63,248 nt of DNA from a virus. Taxonomy: Duplodnaviria; Caudoviricetes. The stretch spans positions 1 through 63,248 of the IMG/VR virus record IMGVR_UViG_3300020042_008450. One strand, 5' to 3'. The notes under the pieces are model-generated. The model saw only the letters and a list, made by a program, of their open reading frames with translations, searched no databases and was not told where the DNA came from. The position numbers were made by a program, and so were the translations under genes. How positions within the stretch are numbered: the first letter of the stretch is position 1; each line of letters starts with the position of its first letter. Below, piece by piece: positions 21,001 through 34,328 of this stretch.

Positions 21001-24000
21001 CAGCAAGAGAGTATGCTGATCAAATAGTCTACTCTAAATTGATTGGATGGAAAACAGCCATAGTTGAGCAGCAGATCTATCAACAATTTAAATTTACATA
21101 TACTGGTGCAACATTAAAACTTGATGTATCAGCAATTGACCAAGTTACCAGTGCTGTGCCAGTAATTAAGATATATGTTGGCAGCGAGTTTCAAGATCCA
21201 GGAACCTATACTTACACGGTTTCTACTGACAGTACGATAATTACTTTATCAAATACCTATGTGCCAACTGATATTATTGAAGTATTAGTATTGAGCGAGC
21301 AAGCTAGTAAAATTGCATTTTACCAAGTTGCCAGTAATCTTGAGTCAAATCCGCTGAACACAAATTCAAACGCATTTACCTTAGGAACAATTCGCACTCA
21401 TTATCAAAGCATATGCGAAAATTTAACAACTTTGTCAGGGCCCGTCAACGGAGCCAATAACACACGTGATCTTGGAGATATTGGTCCTTACGGGTTAATT
21501 ATTCTGCAACAAAGTGCGCCGCTGACTCTGGCAGGATATTTTATGCGTAGCACAGACTATGACATATTTGCATCATTACAATATAACAGTCGTGAATATA
21601 TTAAATTCAAAGCACAAATGCTTGATGCAGTGTTGAATCAGAATATTGGTTTTAACACCACAGCACAGGTGCTAGACACCGCAATACAATCTATCACTTT
21701 GGGTAAACTTGATAATCAGCCATTCTACTGGAGTGATATGCTACCGGCTGGTATTATTAGCTATGGTAACACATACACTGTGAGTTTTATTACCACGCAA
21801 GTGTTTGATACCGTTCAGATTTACGATTACACATCGGCAAATTATTTTGGCTTGCTGGTATATTTGAATGATCAGTTATTAAATCGTGGAGTTGACTATG
21901 TTGTAGCAACTGATGGTCCTCGGATCACAGTGTTGGCCACACTAACAGTTGGAGATAAAATTACCATCAACGAATATGAGTCAACTGTTGGTAATTTTGC
22001 ACCAAATACCCCAACAAAACTTGGGTTATATCCAATTTGGAATCCAGGAGTGATATCACAAGAAACCAGCGCCGGAATTGTATCAATGACTCTTGGGCAC
22101 GATGGTAGTGTTACTCCATTGTTTGGCGACATTCGAGATGATGTTTTATTAGAATTTGAAACACGAATTTTCAACAATTTAAAACTTGACGACAATCCTA
22201 TTCCGTTAACAGTGGACAACGTACTTCCAGGACAATTCCGCGACACTGGATACAGTTTTGAAGAAATTAATAATATTTTTTCTAAAGATTTCTTGAGCTA
22301 TTGCGGCTGGAACAAACTAGACTACGGACAACAAACTTATCAGGCCAGCAACGAATTTACTTGGAACTATAGCAAAGCGCAAAGTCGACTAGACAAACAA
22401 AATTTATTGGGCGCCTGGCGCGGTATCTATCGATACTACTACGACACTCAACAGCCAAGTTTAACTCCTTGGGAAATGCTGGGCATCAGCGTAGAACCCA
22501 CATGGTGGCAAGATACCTATGGCCCGGCACCTTACACCAGTGATAACTTGGTGTTATGGGATGACCTAGCAGCTGGTTATGTTGCTGATCCAGTCACACC
22601 ATACTTCAAGCCTGAGTTTGCCAGAGCTGCCAGCATGGTAGCCGGCCCCAAGCGTGAAGGCATCTGGTTTGAAAAATATGGGTCAGGTCCGTATCCTAGT
22701 ATGCTACCGGTAATTCCCACAGGATCTGAAGGTGAGATTCTGAGCCCGCTTGACAGTGTGGTCGGCGCTTTGCCTTCAAACTACAACCCATCTACTGAAT
22801 TTGTCAAGAGCTGGACACTTGGCGACGGTGGCCCTGTAGAAGCATCTTGGTGGAACTCTAGTTCTTATCCATTCTCAGTCATGCATATGTTGGCAGTAAC
22901 ACGTCCAGCTAAGTTTTTTACATTGTTTGCTGACCGTGATTTGTATCGCTACAACGAAGATTATCAACAATATCTCTATAACAATCGCTACCGTCTTGAC
23001 GCAAATGGAATTGAGGTGTACGGCAATGGGGTGTCAAAGGCTAGTTATCTAAATTGGATTGTGGATTATAATCGACAAACTGGTGTAAATTCTACTGACT
23101 TATTGACTGCCGATCTCAAAAGTTTGGATGTGAGATTGTGCTATCGTATGGCATCATTCTCGGACAAGCAATACATCAAGTTGTTTACTGAAAAATCTAG
23201 TCCAAACAGCACTAATACTACATTATTGATTCCTGACGAAAGTTATGATATTTTGCTGTACAAGAATCAGCCCTTTGATCAGATAGTTTACTCCAGCGTG
23301 GCCGTACAAAAAGTCACTGGTGGATATGCAGTATTTGGTTATGGAAATTCTCAACCATTTTTTAATATATTACAGAGTTATGCTACTGGTCGCTTGCAAA
23401 CATATAGTGCCGGTGGAGTCACAGTTCGAGTCCCAACATTCTACGCTGATACTGTGGTACAAGTGCCTTATGGATTTGTGTTCAGCAATGAAACTTCGGT
23501 TGCTGATTTTTTGCTAAGTTACGGCAAACTTCTTGAGAGTCAAGGTCTCAGTTTCACCAATATTTCTAATGGCTATGTGTTAGATTGGCCCAGAATGGTT
23601 AACGAATTTTTGTATTGGAGTCAGCAAGGATGGGATACGGACGCAATCATTAATCTAAACCCTTTAGCATCCAAACTTACTATAACAAGGGAACAAGCTA
23701 TTGTTGACAGTCTCAAGGTCGAGACCATTGAAAATCTATTGCTAGATCAAAATTCTAGAGAGTTACCAACTCGGACACTCAATGTTGTACGTCTAGGAAA
23801 TACATTTACTATTGAACCGCTGAACACTCAGAATATTAGTTTTATTAATTTAAGATTTACCAATTACGAGCACATGATTGTGTTGAGTAATCAAAGTGTA
23901 TTTGGGGATTTAGTATACAATCCAACTACTGGCGCCCGCCAGAACCGATTAAATTTTATTGCGGTAGTTAGTGCTGACTGGGATGGGTCAGTCAACGCTC

Positions 24001-27000
24001 CGGGATTCTTGTTGAATCAAGACAATGTAGAAGAATGGGATGGAATAAAAACTTATACAAAGGGTCAAATTGTCAAGTATAAAAATGTCTATTGGTCGGC
24101 GTTGAAGATTGTGCAGCCCACTGAAACATTTAATTTCAATAACTGGACCCAGAGCGATTATACACAGACTGAGTTAGGGCTATTGCCTAATTTAGCCAAC
24201 AAAGCAAATCAGTTAACCAACAGTTATGATATCAATGCAGCTAATATTGACACCGACAACGATTTACTCAGTTATGGGTTAATTGGATTCCATCCACGAC
24301 AATACATGGCGGCTCTAAATCTTGATAGTGTTAGCCAGGTAAATGTGTATAGACAGTTCCTTGGGTCAAAAGGAACCATATTATCCGCTGAATTGTTCAA
24401 ACAGGCCAATTTAGGCAAGGAATCAGCCAATTACGATATTTACGAAAACTGGGCAGTACAGCGAGCAGTGTACGGTGCCAACGCTAACCGTAGCTTTGTT
24501 GAATTACGATTAGATCGAGCCCAACTCAGCGCAAACCCTAGTTTGGTTCAAGTAGTGGTGCCTCAACAAGTCAGCGAAGCTGATGAAACTATATTACTAA
24601 GTGATGTGTGGAGACAAAGTTATAAATTGTCCAGCACTGATATATTGCCAACCACAACAATCCTTCCTACTGATATTGGATTACCAACTGCTGGCTATGT
24701 AAATTTAGATGATGCTGACATTACAGTATTTGATATCAATGATCCTGCCAGTTTAAATGCCAATATTGATAATATTGAAGTTGGTACCAGTGTCTGGGTT
24801 GCAAAAATTAATGATTATGATTGGAACATTTATAGAGCACAAGCGGTTCCCGGAATAATACAACACGTTTGTGACAATTTAGATAATACTAGCCGAGTAA
24901 TTTTTAGCACTCAGCACGGACTTAGCGCAGGCAATAAACTGATTATCAAGTTTTTTGATATTGAAGTTAATGGTGTTTATCAAGTATTGTCAGTTCCTAA
25001 TCTCACCACAGTAAACATTGCATTTTCATTCACAGGAGATAGAACGGTTGTTGCTGGCCAAGGCATTGGGTTTACGCTACAAACTATGCGGGTTGCACAA
25101 GCCAGCGACATTCTTAACTTATCATACGCTAACAATATTTTACCTGGAGCAAAGGTGTGGGTTGACGATAATGGTGAAGGGTTGTGGGAAGTCTTAGAAA
25201 AAAATTCAGTGTTCTCCGACATCACAATGTTGAAACCAGTGCTGTTAGATGCGGGTGAGCAGTACGGAACAAGTATTGCACAGGCACAAAATAGATTAGT
25301 TCTGTTGGTGGGTAGTCCTAGATATGGGTTTGGTACTGGAATTGAAACTGGTGCCGTATATGTGTATGTTAAGAATTATGGAGACCAATACACCCCGGTG
25401 AGTCCTCTTGCTGACACTGATGGAATTTTAACATTAGATGTTGCCGGTGCTAGAGGGTTTGGTAATGCTCTAGATTTTGGAAATCAAACCTGGGCAGTTG
25501 CAGGTGCAAGTCAAAGTCTTGGCGCTGGTAGCCAACCCAATAACGGGTATGCAGCAATAATATTTCGTGACCCGGCCCTGGGCCAGCCCAATGTTATACC
25601 ATATACAACATGGCAGTTGATAACTCAACCGTCTGGATACGGAACTCTTCTTACCGGAGCAGGCGAATTTGGATATAGTGTTGCCATGAGCCTTGACGAA
25701 AGATGGATGTATATTGGTGCTCCTGGATTGAATGCAGTTCATGCATATGGGCGAGTTGACTGGGAGTTACAGGTTATAAAATCGTTCTCAAACGGAACAA
25801 CAACAATTTTTAATTTAAGCTCTGCAATACAAATTGATAACAATAGCCAACTTAAAGTTACGTTTAATGGGCAAGTTCAAACAGTTGGTGTAGACTATAC
25901 AATTTCTTTAGATTTTAGTACAATAACCCTTGCAGCAGCACCAGGAGTGTATGCAGCAACAGCAATTGTGCCAGGAACTACGTACACAATTTTAAGTATT
26001 GGAACTACTAATTTTACTCTTATTGGAGCAGAGAGCAACACCGTTGGAGTTGAGTTTGTTGCCACCGGTGTAGGTAGTGGCACAGGAACTGTGCTAGAAG
26101 AAGTATTGATTGAGTTTGCAAGATACAATAGTTTTCAAATTCCATATAATGCCGGTACGTTTGATCTGTCAAATGGCATTGATGAAGTTGGCAACAACGT
26201 GGGACTATTTACAGCTGATAATATCTATTCTTTTAGTATTAAAGTTAACGAAACTTTGTGGCGGCCAAACATTGACTACACATTTGCTGGTACCACTGTT
26301 ACCTTTGTATCACCGCTAGTGTTGACTGATATTGTTGTAGCAAACGCAACTGGTTATTTTAAGTATGTTGATACTATTGATTCTAGCTCAGTAAGTGGTG
26401 GCCTCACTGCTGGAGATCAATTTGGACACAGTGTGTCTTGTACTACCGATGGTCGGCAAGTTATAATTGGCACCCCAGACAAAACCTACACTGATCCTGT
26501 TACTAGTGCCACTTATGTAGAAGCTGGTACTGTTTATGTGTTTGATCGAAATGTCCAAAAATTTATCTATGGCACAGATACCTCAAGCACCACATTCCCA
26601 GTACTGGGCGGAGCACCTGTTGCGCCAGTAAGTGTCATTGTAAATAACCAATTCTTAATTAATCAAACTGATTCTACCCTGGGGGCTAATAGTTCCTTTA
26701 CAGTGTTTGGTGATGTAATAACAATTGATACTAATTTGCAAATTGGCGATATAATTGAAATTGAAACAAATCAATTCAATCAGTTGCAAAAAATTAATCA
26801 ACATTCAGCGGCTGAATTTTCAAACTTTGGTCAAGCGGTTGATATTTGCGCTAATAATTGCAGTATATACGTGGGCGAGCCTCAAAGCAGTGCTCAAATT
26901 TACAAAGGTGGTGTGGTTGAACGGTTTGTCAATAAGAGTCGTGCGTACGGCACCTTGGCCTGTGGCAATCCATTTGGCACATTAACTCCTGGTAATACTC

Positions 27001-30000
27001 TGCGGGTAAACAATCAAGATGTATTAGTACCGGGCGCTTGGTCTACGTCCACTGCCTACAATGCAAACACTGTGGTGTATAACACCAGCGGCTCTATCAC
27101 TACCATTTATGTTTCCTTGCAGTACACTCCAGCCTTCACACTATTGACCAACACAGCTTATTGGTTGTCAGTGGACACAACCCTGGTGCCAGCATCAGTA
27201 AGTTATAGAACTTTGGCTGCACAGATCAACACAGATGTACCTAATGTGGTAGCTGTGGTGGATGCGGACGGACATCTCACCATATCAACCAAGAACCTAG
27301 CGGCTGCCCTTGAATTTAACAAACTGCAGGTAGCACCAGGTAGTATAGGCACTGCATTTCAAGACATTGCATTTGATACATATGCATGGACACAAACAAT
27401 TTTCAGTCCTTATCCAGTGGAACTCAGCGGGTTTGGTTCCAGTGTCAGCATAGACAGCGGTGCAATTAATCTTGTGGTTGGTGCACCGCAAGGCAGCTTG
27501 TATCTTGAAACTATTTTTGATGACGGCACTACTATTTTTGACGCAGGAAGTACAATATTTTTTACTCTTGTTGATCAGAGTGGCGCTGTTTACACGTACG
27601 ATTATTTGCCAAGTTCAACTCTGAATGTGAATAATCCGGGCAAGTTCATTTTTGGTCAGCAAATTGCTAATAGTGAAGTTAATCCTTATGATACGTTCGG
27701 AACCGCAGTTAACTACACATCTGGAGTGTTGGCCGCAGGCGCACCAAAAAATGATTCAGGTGACAGTACAGCAAACTTTGGCGCAGTATTTGTATTTGAT
27801 AATAAAACTCGTGCGCCAGTTTGGACAGTAATAGAACAACAAGCACCGGTAGTTGATGTAAGATTATTAAATTCAGTATTCCTGTACAATCGAATAACCA
27901 GTGCCACAACTGAATTTTTAGATTTTATTAATCCATTACAAGGTAAAATTTTGGGCGCGGCCCGCCAAAATATCAATTACATTGGTGCAATTGATCCTGC
28001 ATCATATAATGTGGGACCTGCAAATATTCAAGGAACTACTTGGAATTCTGACTATGTGGGACAGATCTGGTGGGATATTTCGACGGTGAGATTTATTGAT
28101 CCCAACCAAGACAGTATTGTTTACGCTAGTCGGCGCTGGGGGCAATTGTTTCCAGGTAGTCAAGTTGATGTATATCAATGGGTTCTCAGCCCCACTCCTC
28201 CATCCAATTACACTGGCGAAGGAACACCGTTAAATTCGTTGTCGTATACTGTTAACAGCCGATTGACTAAAGATGGAAATTTTGTCACCGAATATTATTT
28301 TTGGGTACGTGGTATAACCACTACGTCTACAAAAATTAATAAAACATTGTCAGCGGCAACTGTGGCCAATTATATTGAAAATCCCAAAGCTAGCGGAATT
28401 TTATACATAGCTCCAATAAATTCCAGTACCATTGCTCTGTATAATACTGGTGATTACATTGAGGCAAGCGATACAATTATTAATATTGGGTTTGATCGAG
28501 AACTAACTGACGATAATGTCCATACCGAATATGAACTAATTGCACAAGATCGAGCTGATGGATTTTTGAGTGATAATTTATATCGTAAACTGCAGGACAG
28601 CTTTTGTGGAGTTGATTCATTTGGTAATAATGTTCCCGACACAAATTTAAGTATTGCAGAACGCTACGGAGTACAATTCCGTCCTAGACAATCAATGTTT
28701 ACCAACAGGTTTGAAGCGTTGCGCAATTATTTAACTCGCAGCAACACAATCTTATCACAGTATCCCATTAGCGAAAGCCGTAGTTTCAATCTGTTGAATT
28801 CCTCAGAGCCCGAACCGTCTGTAAACTCAGGATTATGGAACTTGCGAGTTGCTAATTTAGAAATTTTGGGATTCCAAAATATCAATACAGTTGCCCTGGG
28901 CTACAAATATCTAGTGGTCAGTGATAGTGATAATCGGGGACTATGGACAATCTACACGGTGCAAATCAGTCAAGATATTTTGGGTGCCCCTCGAGTGCTA
29001 GAATTAACTCGGGTGCAAGGATACAACACTGCTGATTATTGGAGTTTTATAGATTGGTATCGTCCTGGATATAAATCTAGTACTACAATCATAACTGAAG
29101 TTGTCACATACGGCGCACTGACCGCTTTAGATGTTGCAGTTGGTAGTAGTGTTAAAGTTACTGCAAATGCACAGGGCAAATTTGAAATTTACTTGTTAAC
29201 TGACCTTGGATGGGAGCGAGTAGCGTTGCAGGACGGCACAATTGAATTCTCAAACGAACTGTGGGATTATTCAGCAGGTCGTTTTGGATTTGATCTAGAA
29301 GTCTTTGACGCACAATATTATGATCAAGAACCAGTAATTGAAACTCGAAAAATTATACAAGCCATTAATGAAGAATTATTTGTTGATGATCTTGCAATTG
29401 AACGAAATCGTGCATTGGTATTGATGTTTAATTTTGTTTTGAGTGAATTCTCAGCCCCCGAATGGTTAGTTAAAACCAGTTTAATTGATGTTGATCATAA
29501 AATTCGTCAGCTAGTCCCTTATCAAAATTATGTGCGTGACAATCAAGAGTTTGTGAGTGACTACATCCAGGAAGTCAAGCCATACCATGTACAGATTCGT
29601 GAGTTTAGTCTTACGTACACCGGTTTTGATAGTTCAGCTGGTGACCTAACTGATTTTGATATTCCAGCATATTATAATACTAGCTTAGAAATACCAAAAT
29701 ACACTAGTCCAATTTTATTGCCATATGACCACGGCACTGCATTTAATTCAACTATTAACGCTACCAGTGACGCACCGGCATCCAGTACAATTTGGGACGC
29801 CTGGCCGTATAGTCAATGGTATGACAATTATCTAATGAGTATAACTGGTGTAACAATAATTGATAATGGATCTGGTTACACCACTATTCCAGAGGTTACT
29901 ATTGGGGTTGAGTGGGCGCCGGTTACATTTTTTGAAGTTGGACAACAGATTTTTTATGTTGACAATTTATACACTGTAACTACATCTGGAGTAACTGGCC

Positions 30001-33000
30001 TGGCAGCACCGTTATTTACTAGTGAGTCACAAACAAATGGTGATGCAACATTGATGTATGTTGGAAATGCAGCCGCTGGTACCGCAGTAATTAATAGTCT
30101 AGGAGAAGTAGTAAATATTGTTCTTACGGAAACTGGAAGTGGATATCAAACAACTCCAACTGTGGCAATTATCGGCGGCAACGGCCAAAACGCAAGAGCA
30201 TATCCCATTATGGGAGGCCCAGCTACTGGTCAAGTCTACAATGTTAGTGCAATTCCAGATGCAGTTGATTTTTATTCGCTAACAAGAACGTTCCGTACAG
30301 TGATGCGGTATGATAGATTCCAGTATTTTTCTAACGTGTTACCGTGGAGTTCAACAGAAACTTACCAAGATGGCATGCTGGTGCGTTATGATGATCGAGT
30401 ATGGCAAGCGGCCAGCCCCGATTCAACCGCAGTAGTGGCCAGCTCAACATTTGATTTAGAAGATTGGATAATAGTCAACACAGCCACATACGCTTATCCG
30501 GGTAGCACACAAGCCACCGGGCTGACCGGTGTTGACCGTACCATGGGGTTGTACGTGCCGGGCGTTAATCAGCCTGGACTTGAACTGCCATTATTAATTG
30601 ACGGGGTTGATTATCCGGGTGTGCAAGTATATGGTAATTATTTCTTAGGAGATCCCCTTGCTACTGATGCTGAATACACTAGTGCATTTACGGACACCAC
30701 ATTAGGGACATTGCCCACAGATGTCAATACAGATGGCGGTGAGTTCATGGGACTGTATGAAGGACATGCTCCTGAAGAATTGGTCAACGGTGCTGAGTTT
30801 GACACTCTAGACATGCGAGTGTACACTCGTCCAGGTGCAGACTGGAATCGTGATGGACATGGATTCCAGTTATCCAGCATTCGATATTTGAACAACACTG
30901 CAATCACCAGTACGTATAGTTGGGCCAATATAGTAGATCATCCAGTACAAGTGTTGGTTAGTAACCAAACCACCAAGTTAGATCTTGCACTTGATATAGA
31001 TTATACTATTGATTGGGAAAATCAAACTATAACATTAACCACTGTGCCAAACAATCAGATTATCAACATCAGTGTGTATGAACTTGGTGGCGGCAATCAA
31101 CTTTACCGAGCCAATTATACAGGCGGCAACATTGACGAAACTGTGATTATTCCGGTGAATTCAAACGAGATCAATAATGTATTTGTATTTGTTGATGGCG
31201 AAGTCATTGGCGGAGTTACCTGGGAGCCATACGCAGCCAGCACAAACTGGAACATTACCAATATCTATGCCAAGCTAGATGTTGTTAATGATAGTGGTAA
31301 TTTTTACAGAGCTTTGCAATCAGTTCCTAGCGGTGTGAACATTACTGATGTAACATACTGGTTAGAATTTGTGCCAACACTTGAAACTCTAGTAGACCTT
31401 GGGACACCCCCAGCAGCAACATCAGGAATTATGCTAACAGCGTTTGGATTAACTAGCACTGTTGCTGGCAATTTTGTAATTGGTCGTCAATATACTATTT
31501 CTACGCTTGGAAACACTAATTTTGTTACAGTAGGCGCATCGGCAAATACTGTGGGGATTACCTTTACTGCTACCGGAATTGGATCAGGTACTGGTACTGC
31601 GTCTTCGGTTTATAGTTGGAGCACGCCACAGGTGCAATACCTTGAGGCTACCTCTGCCCAGGCCATCAGTAAAGTGTTGCCATTAACAGGTAGTATGATT
31701 GGAACAAATCCGGCCAATATGATTGTTACTCGTAACGGCCTCCGCTTGAGACCAGCAGAGGGTATTGAATGGTTGGGCGACGATTCGAGTGTCAGCTTTG
31801 GGTTGCCGCAAAGAGGTAACTACTCTCAAAGTATTATTAACGCACCCACCGACATCACAGTTTGGGTTGATAACATTTTGCAAATACAAAGTGTTGGTGC
31901 CACTATTGGTAGCTATAGTGTTACTAACTGGACCGGATCAAATGTTCCTGGTCGACAAGTTGTGTTTACATCACCACCTACCAGCGGATCAAGAATCTTG
32001 ATCACTGTAGATACACAATCAGATTATAATGTGGTTGGGCAAACATTAGAAATTCAAACAATTAACGTTGATGATGTATTTGCAATCACCACCTGGAATG
32101 ATACTTCTCAACAAAATGCATTGTCATTGGTATTTGTTGGACCAGTATTGTCTGGTTCAGTAATAGCAGAACCATATGACAGCACATTATACGATCTCGG
32201 AGCTGTGGAAGCAGCTCCAGGATCTTATGATTACAGTGTGGGAGTAACCATAGCTAATAATGATTTTTGGTTGGAACGTGATCCAGTGGCTGCTGGTAGA
32301 CTATGGGTTACGCTGGATGGCTACAGACTGTTTGAAGGTGCAGATTATGTGGTTGAAGATGGCTACTTGATTCTGGCAACAGGAGCCATTGGTGCATCGC
32401 AAGTTCTAGTAATTACTGAGTTTACCAACAGTGTGGTACCAGAAGCTATGGCATTTAGAATATTCCAAGACATGCGCGGAGTTCAAGCAACCTACCGTAT
32501 TACTTTGGCAACTACTACAGTGTTGCTGCAAGATTTATCTGCTGCTGATACCGTTGCGTATGTTGCTAATGCTGCATTATTGTCTGAACCTAGTTTAGAG
32601 TTGGGTATTTTTGGAGCAGTTACTATTGACGGCGAACGTATAACTTATCGTGCTAGAGATGCTGCACTGAATACTATTTCAGGGCTGAGACGCGGCACGG
32701 CTGGTACAGCAACCGCAGAACATCTAAGCGGTGCAGATGTATATGATATTGGTCGTGGCAATTTGTTGCCTGCGCAGTTCCAGGACTATATTGTGAGCGA
32801 TTCCACACTGGGTGACGGTACAACCAGCGTGTTCTATGCACCAAGCATTTTGTTTGAAGACTTCTTGGATTCCAGCAGCGAACGTCCAGCTGTGGAGGTT
32901 TATGTGGGCGGAATTCGACAATATGCCTACAGCGACACCACAGCAGTTAGCCAGTATCGCTGGTTTGTAACTGATTATGATCCGTTGGCAGTGGACTTTG

Positions 33001-33536
33001 TGGTAGAAGAGATGCCACAAACAAACGCTGGCTCTTTTGTGATAGGTACTGAATATAGGATCACTAGCGTAGGAACTACTAATTTTGTTGCTATTGGTGG
33101 CACTGCAAGTGCAGTAGTTACTGGAGCAATTTCTGGAACTACATTGACTGTTTCTGCCGTGACTTCTGGAACATTAGCTGTTGGCACTCGTATTACTGGA
33201 ACTGGTATCACTGCAGGAACTAATATTACTGTTCTTGGCACCGGCACCGGCGGAGTTGGAACCTATACAGTTAGTGCTTCTCAAACAGTGTCATCAACTA
33301 CAATAACTGGTCAACCAGTGGTTGGTAAAACTTTTAAGGCTACTGGTGCTGGATCAGGAACAGGCACCGCAACTACTGGTTATCCAGCACTTACTGCTCC
33401 AGCAGCTGGTGTTGAGGTCACAATTCTGGTGCGTCAGGGTGTAACTTGGTACCAGCAAGGCGCAAGCGAAGCTAGCGACGGCATAGCACTGCAAGACACC
33501 AACACCCAGGCCGCAAGGTTTTTGCGCGGCTTTTAA
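18060..33536 (+). CDS. Giant (5158 aa) mosaic baseplate/virion protein, gp7-like by position
   Basis: Uninterrupted 15.5-kb ORF coupled to gp6; FLPEIFQT start, late Y..EVKPYH motif, GSGY..P.V.I repeats, FG-GAP-like and CBM-like modules. Confidence 0.75.
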   Translation: MANVRSVDFLPEIFQTDANKQFLAATLDQLIQEPNFKKAQGFIGRTVGPGVNPNDGYVIEPTTSRANYQLEPGVVSLEPDTDTIKDVITYPGLNDAITSQGGNSSRPDLLYSSEYYTWDPFVNFDSFVNFSQYFWLPDGPAPVDVASVGVAVTDNFVVTRENGVYSFSGISGTNPSINLVRGGSYTFQVAQNNKETVNYRVQNSGISAYVIDFQNNPTLTLERGNTYVFNLTLDGIYPFWIKTSPTTGLGEIYNVGVSRNGAIQGLVTFTVPQDAPDILYYAAENQINMQGALNIVNASAGTGPGFWIQSTPGVSGAVTSTPNISSRDVYGTVNNGEDLGIVTFNVPSKTAQAFYYNLNNIGTVDLITDLQFAQINNQPLTAFMATYGGIDGITNLNTRTLIFTNPIESTEDGGWYRTSLFDPLVQNSNNNGLNGSYDSIPYDYTVDIEPAQRFQLYQINYTDIAGVTYIQLSEISSILPLDKFTIIYGSSYSSTQWYKDSTGIFQQIPLLSAIQDTLYYQDGTDSEIFGQINLLEQVDSKTIYVDDIIGQSNYTAPNSVAFTNGLKVRFTGDVSPASYSSGITAITCTQTEANTNYITSNDSTNLYVGQDITFSAPTLGGLTQGQLYFVRSISANRTKFTVSAVQYGPAVVLANGTGTMNGIAISNREYYVSGVGTAIKLLPVVDFITPELYVQDADTDTILVEPSQLDYITIDRASLDLNPWTRSNRWFHVDVINATADYNNTTAVLDNNYRAKRPIIQFRPGLRLWNMGTAGKDPVDIIDFTETDAFSNIEGSTSYSVNEYTFVEGSRVIFAADLDADVRDKIYVVSFVIPDTVAPLIAQPIITLTVAQDGVVTADQCVVSKAPGSQAGLTFWYDGVTWNSAQQKTDIQQAPLFNIYNVDEISFGDQTTYQSSTFAGSKLFSYAVGDTGILDPVLQFPLQYLNINNVGDIVFENNLYKDTFLYVVDNVSVTSDISSGSAREYADQIVYSKLIGWKTAIVEQQIYQQFKFTYTGATLKLDVSAIDQVTSAVPVIKIYVGSEFQDPGTYTYTVSTDSTIITLSNTYVPTDIIEVLVLSEQASKIAFYQVASNLESNPLNTNSNAFTLGTIRTHYQSICENLTTLSGPVNGANNTRDLGDIGPYGLIILQQSAPLTLAGYFMRSTDYDIFASLQYNSREYIKFKAQMLDAVLNQNIGFNTTAQVLDTAIQSITLGKLDNQPFYWSDMLPAGIISYGNTYTVSFITTQVFDTVQIYDYTSANYFGLLVYLNDQLLNRGVDYVVATDGPRITVLATLTVGDKITINEYESTVGNFAPNTPTKLGLYPIWNPGVISQETSAGIVSMTLGHDGSVTPLFGDIRDDVLLEFETRIFNNLKLDDNPIPLTVDNVLPGQFRDTGYSFEEINNIFSKDFLSYCGWNKLDYGQQTYQASNEFTWNYSKAQSRLDKQNLLGAWRGIYRYYYDTQQPSLTPWEMLGISVEPTWWQDTYGPAPYTSDNLVLWDDLAAGYVADPVTPYFKPEFARAASMVAGPKREGIWFEKYGSGPYPSMLPVIPTGSEGEILSPLDSVVGALPSNYNPSTEFVKSWTLGDGGPVEASWWNSSSYPFSVMHMLAVTRPAKFFTLFADRDLYRYNEDYQQYLYNNRYRLDANGIEVYGNGVSKASYLNWIVDYNRQTGVNSTDLLTADLKSLDVRLCYRMASFSDKQYIKLFTEKSSPNSTNTTLLIPDESYDILLYKNQPFDQIVYSSVAVQKVTGGYAVFGYGNSQPFFNILQSYATGRLQTYSAGGVTVRVPTFYADTVVQVPYGFVFSNETSVADFLLSYGKLLESQGLSFTNISNGYVLDWPRMVNEFLYWSQQGWDTDAIINLNPLASKLTITREQAIVDSLKVETIENLLLDQNSRELPTRTLNVVRLGNTFTIEPLNTQNISFINLRFTNYEHMIVLSNQSVFGDLVYNPTTGARQNRLNFIAVVSADWDGSVNAPGFLLNQDNVEEWDGIKTYTKGQIVKYKNVYWSALKIVQPTETFNFNNWTQSDYTQTELGLLPNLANKANQLTNSYDINAANIDTDNDLLSYGLIGFHPRQYMAALNLDSVSQVNVYRQFLGSKGTILSAELFKQANLGKESANYDIYENWAVQRAVYGANANRSFVELRLDRAQLSANPSLVQVVVPQQVSEADETILLSDVWRQSYKLSSTDILPTTTILPTDIGLPTAGYVNLDDADITVFDINDPASLNANIDNIEVGTSVWVAKINDYDWNIYRAQAVPGIIQHVCDNLDNTSRVIFSTQHGLSAGNKLIIKFFDIEVNGVYQVLSVPNLTTVNIAFSFTGDRTVVAGQGIGFTLQTMRVAQASDILNLSYANNILPGAKVWVDDNGEGLWEVLEKNSVFSDITMLKPVLLDAGEQYGTSIAQAQNRLVLLVGSPRYGFGTGIETGAVYVYVKNYGDQYTPVSPLADTDGILTLDVAGARGFGNALDFGNQTWAVAGASQSLGAGSQPNNGYAAIIFRDPALGQPNVIPYTTWQLITQPSGYGTLLTGAGEFGYSVAMSLDERWMYIGAPGLNAVHAYGRVDWELQVIKSFSNGTTTIFNLSSAIQIDNNSQLKVTFNGQVQTVGVDYTISLDFSTITLAAAPGVYAATAIVPGTTYTILSIGTTNFTLIGAESNTVGVEFVATGVGSGTGTVLEEVLIEFARYNSFQIPYNAGTFDLSNGIDEVGNNVGLFTADNIYSFSIKVNETLWRPNIDYTFAGTTVTFVSPLVLTDIVVANATGYFKYVDTIDSSSVSGGLTAGDQFGHSVSCTTDGRQVIIGTPDKTYTDPVTSATYVEAGTVYVFDRNVQKFIYGTDTSSTTFPVLGGAPVAPVSVIVNNQFLINQTDSTLGANSSFTVFGDVITIDTNLQIGDIIEIETNQFNQLQKINQHSAAEFSNFGQAVDICANNCSIYVGEPQSSAQIYKGGVVERFVNKSRAYGTLACGNPFGTLTPGNTLRVNNQDVLVPGAWSTSTAYNANTVVYNTSGSITTIYVSLQYTPAFTLLTNTAYWLSVDTTLVPASVSYRTLAAQINTDVPNVVAVVDADGHLTISTKNLAAALEFNKLQVAPGSIGTAFQDIAFDTYAWTQTIFSPYPVELSGFGSSVSIDSGAINLVVGAPQGSLYLETIFDDGTTIFDAGSTIFFTLVDQSGAVYTYDYLPSSTLNVNNPGKFIFGQQIANSEVNPYDTFGTAVNYTSGVLAAGAPKNDSGDSTANFGAVFVFDNKTRAPVWTVIEQQAPVVDVRLLNSVFLYNRITSATTEFLDFINPLQGKILGAARQNINYIGAIDPASYNVGPANIQGTTWNSDYVGQIWWDISTVRFIDPNQDSIVYASRRWGQLFPGSQVDVYQWVLSPTPPSNYTGEGTPLNSLSYTVNSRLTKDGNFVTEYYFWVRGITTTSTKINKTLSAATVANYIENPKASGILYIAPINSSTIALYNTGDYIEASDTIINIGFDRELTDDNVHTEYELIAQDRADGFLSDNLYRKLQDSFCGVDSFGNNVPDTNLSIAERYGVQFRPRQSMFTNRFEALRNYLTRSNTILSQYPISESRSFNLLNSSEPEPSVNSGLWNLRVANLEILGFQNINTVALGYKYLVVSDSDNRGLWTIYTVQISQDILGAPRVLELTRVQGYNTADYWSFIDWYRPGYKSSTTIITEVVTYGALTALDVAVGSSVKVTANAQGKFEIYLLTDLGWERVALQDGTIEFSNELWDYSAGRFGFDLEVFDAQYYDQEPVIETRKIIQAINEELFVDDLAIERNRALVLMFNFVLSEFSAPEWLVKTSLIDVDHKIRQLVPYQNYVRDNQEFVSDYIQEVKPYHVQIREFSLTYTGFDSSAGDLTDFDIPAYYNTSLEIPKYTSPILLPYDHGTAFNSTINATSDAPASSTIWDAWPYSQWYDNYLMSITGVTIIDNGSGYTTIPEVTIGVEWAPVTFFEVGQQIFYVDNLYTVTTSGVTGLAAPLFTSESQTNGDATLMYVGNAAAGTAVINSLGEVVNIVLTETGSGYQTTPTVAIIGGNGQNARAYPIMGGPATGQVYNVSAIPDAVDFYSLTRTFRTVMRYDRFQYFSNVLPWSSTETYQDGMLVRYDDRVWQAASPDSTAVVASSTFDLEDWIIVNTATYAYPGSTQATGLTGVDRTMGLYVPGVNQPGLELPLLIDGVDYPGVQVYGNYFLGDPLATDAEYTSAFTDTTLGTLPTDVNTDGGEFMGLYEGHAPEELVNGAEFDTLDMRVYTRPGADWNRDGHGFQLSSIRYLNNTAITSTYSWANIVDHPVQVLVSNQTTKLDLALDIDYTIDWENQTITLTTVPNNQIINISVYELGGGNQLYRANYTGGNIDETVIIPVNSNEINNVFVFVDGEVIGGVTWEPYAASTNWNITNIYAKLDVVNDSGNFYRALQSVPSGVNITDVTYWLEFVPTLETLVDLGTPPAATSGIMLTAFGLTSTVAGNFVIGRQYTISTLGNTNFVTVGASANTVGITFTATGIGSGTGTASSVYSWSTPQVQYLEATSAQAISKVLPLTGSMIGTNPANMIVTRNGLRLRPAEGIEWLGDDSSVSFGLPQRGNYSQSIINAPTDITVWVDNILQIQSVGATIGSYSVTNWTGSNVPGRQVVFTSPPTSGSRILITVDTQSDYNVVGQTLEIQTINVDDVFAITTWNDTSQQNALSLVFVGPVLSGSVIAEPYDSTLYDLGAVEAAPGSYDYSVGVTIANNDFWLERDPVAAGRLWVTLDGYRLFEGADYVVEDGYLILATGAIGASQVLVITEFTNSVVPEAMAFRIFQDMRGVQATYRITLATTTVLLQDLSAADTVAYVANAALLSEPSLELGIFGAVTIDGERITYRARDAALNTISGLRRGTAGTATAEHLSGADVYDIGRGNLLPAQFQDYIVSDSTLGDGTTSVFYAPSILFEDFLDSSSERPAVEVYVGGIRQYAYSDTTAVSQYRWFVTDYDPLAVDFVVEEMPQTNAGSFVIGTEYRITSVGTTNFVAIGGTASAVVTGAISGTTLTVSAVTSGTLAVGTRITGTGITAGTNITVLGTGTGGVGTYTVSASQTVSSTTITGQPVVGKTFKATGAGSGTGTATTGYPALTAPAAGVEVTILVRQGVTWYQQGASEASDGIALQDTNTQAARFLRGF

Positions 33537-33540
33537 ACTA

Positions 33541-33548
33541 GGTAAATA
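33541..33548 (+). promoter_or_regulatory. Putative late promoter (GGTAAATA)
   Basis: TAAATA core 7 nt before the ATG at 33556. Confidence 0.6.
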
Positions 33549-33555
33549 AACTATC

Positions 33556-33705
33556 ATGCCAAACACACAGTCTACACAAACGGTTGAGCTTAAAAAAGAG
33601 GAAAAACCTCGCAAGCCCAATGAAACTGGGTCAGTATCCGTACAGGCCCACATGAGAATTTTTGATCCAAAAACACAGAAAACTTATGTGGAGGGTCGAG
33701 CATGA
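33556..33705 (+). CDS. Small 49-aa protein absent from the ORF track (MPNTQSTQ...VQAHMRIFDPKTQKTYVEGRA)
   Basis: ATG follows a late-promoter motif; its TGA overlaps the next ATG (ATGA at 33702-33705); it fills the gap exactly. Confidence 0.75.
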   Translation: MPNTQSTQTVELKKEEKPRKPNETGSVSVQAHMRIFDPKTQKTYVEGRA

Positions 33706-34307
33706 TAACTCCGGGTTTGTGCAAAATTGAAGGATTTGTCAAGATCACTGATCCTGCCACAGGCGAAGTTTTGGTAGACAAAAAAAATGCTATTCATTAC
33801 GAAAATATCTCTGTGGCCATGGCTCAAACACTAAGTGATCGTAATCTGGGCTATATATATCTAATGGCGTTTGGCAACGGAGGAAGCTCAGTTGACCCCA
33901 CTGGCGTGATCACCTACTTGCCCCCAAACACCACAGGACAAAATGCTGACTTGTACAACCAGACTTACCAAAAAGTGGTAAATGATAATTCAGCAGCTGA
34001 CACCGACCCCACCAACAACAAAATGACTGTGCTACACACAGCAGGCAATGTTTATACTGACATTCTTGTGACATGTTTGTTGGACTACGGTGAGCCTCCA
34101 GAACAGCAGGCATTTGATAACTCAACCAATTTCAACGGTGAGTTTGTGTTTGATGAGCTTGGACTTAAATCCTGGAACGGTGCAGCGGATAATCTACGGT
34201 TGATCACTCATGTGATCTTTCACCCAGTACAAAAGAGTTTGAATCGCCAGATTCAAATTGATTACACATTGAGAATTCAGACATTGAGCAATATCAATGC
34301 TGTATAA
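33702..34307 (+). CDS. Baseplate/virion structural protein
   Basis: G.VKI.D...GEVLVDKKNAI, MAFGNGG, FDELGL and H..F.PVQKS.NR.IQI.Y..RI resemble fibre-attachment baseplate proteins; inside the structural module. Confidence 0.6.
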   Translation: MITPGLCKIEGFVKITDPATGEVLVDKKNAIHYENISVAMAQTLSDRNLGYIYLMAFGNGGSSVDPTGVITYLPPNTTGQNADLYNQTYQKVVNDNSAADTDPTNNKMTVLHTAGNVYTDILVTCLLDYGEPPEQQAFDNSTNFNGEFVFDELGLKSWNGAADNLRLITHVIFHPVQKSLNRQIQIDYTLRIQTLSNINAV

Positions 34308-34310
34308 ATA
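34303..34310 (+). promoter_or_regulatory. Late promoter, exact T4 consensus TATAAATA
   Basis: TATAAATA overlaps the upstream stop codon, followed by AGGA RBS and ATG 34329. Confidence 0.7.
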
Positions 34311-34328
34311 TTGAAATAGGAAACCGAC

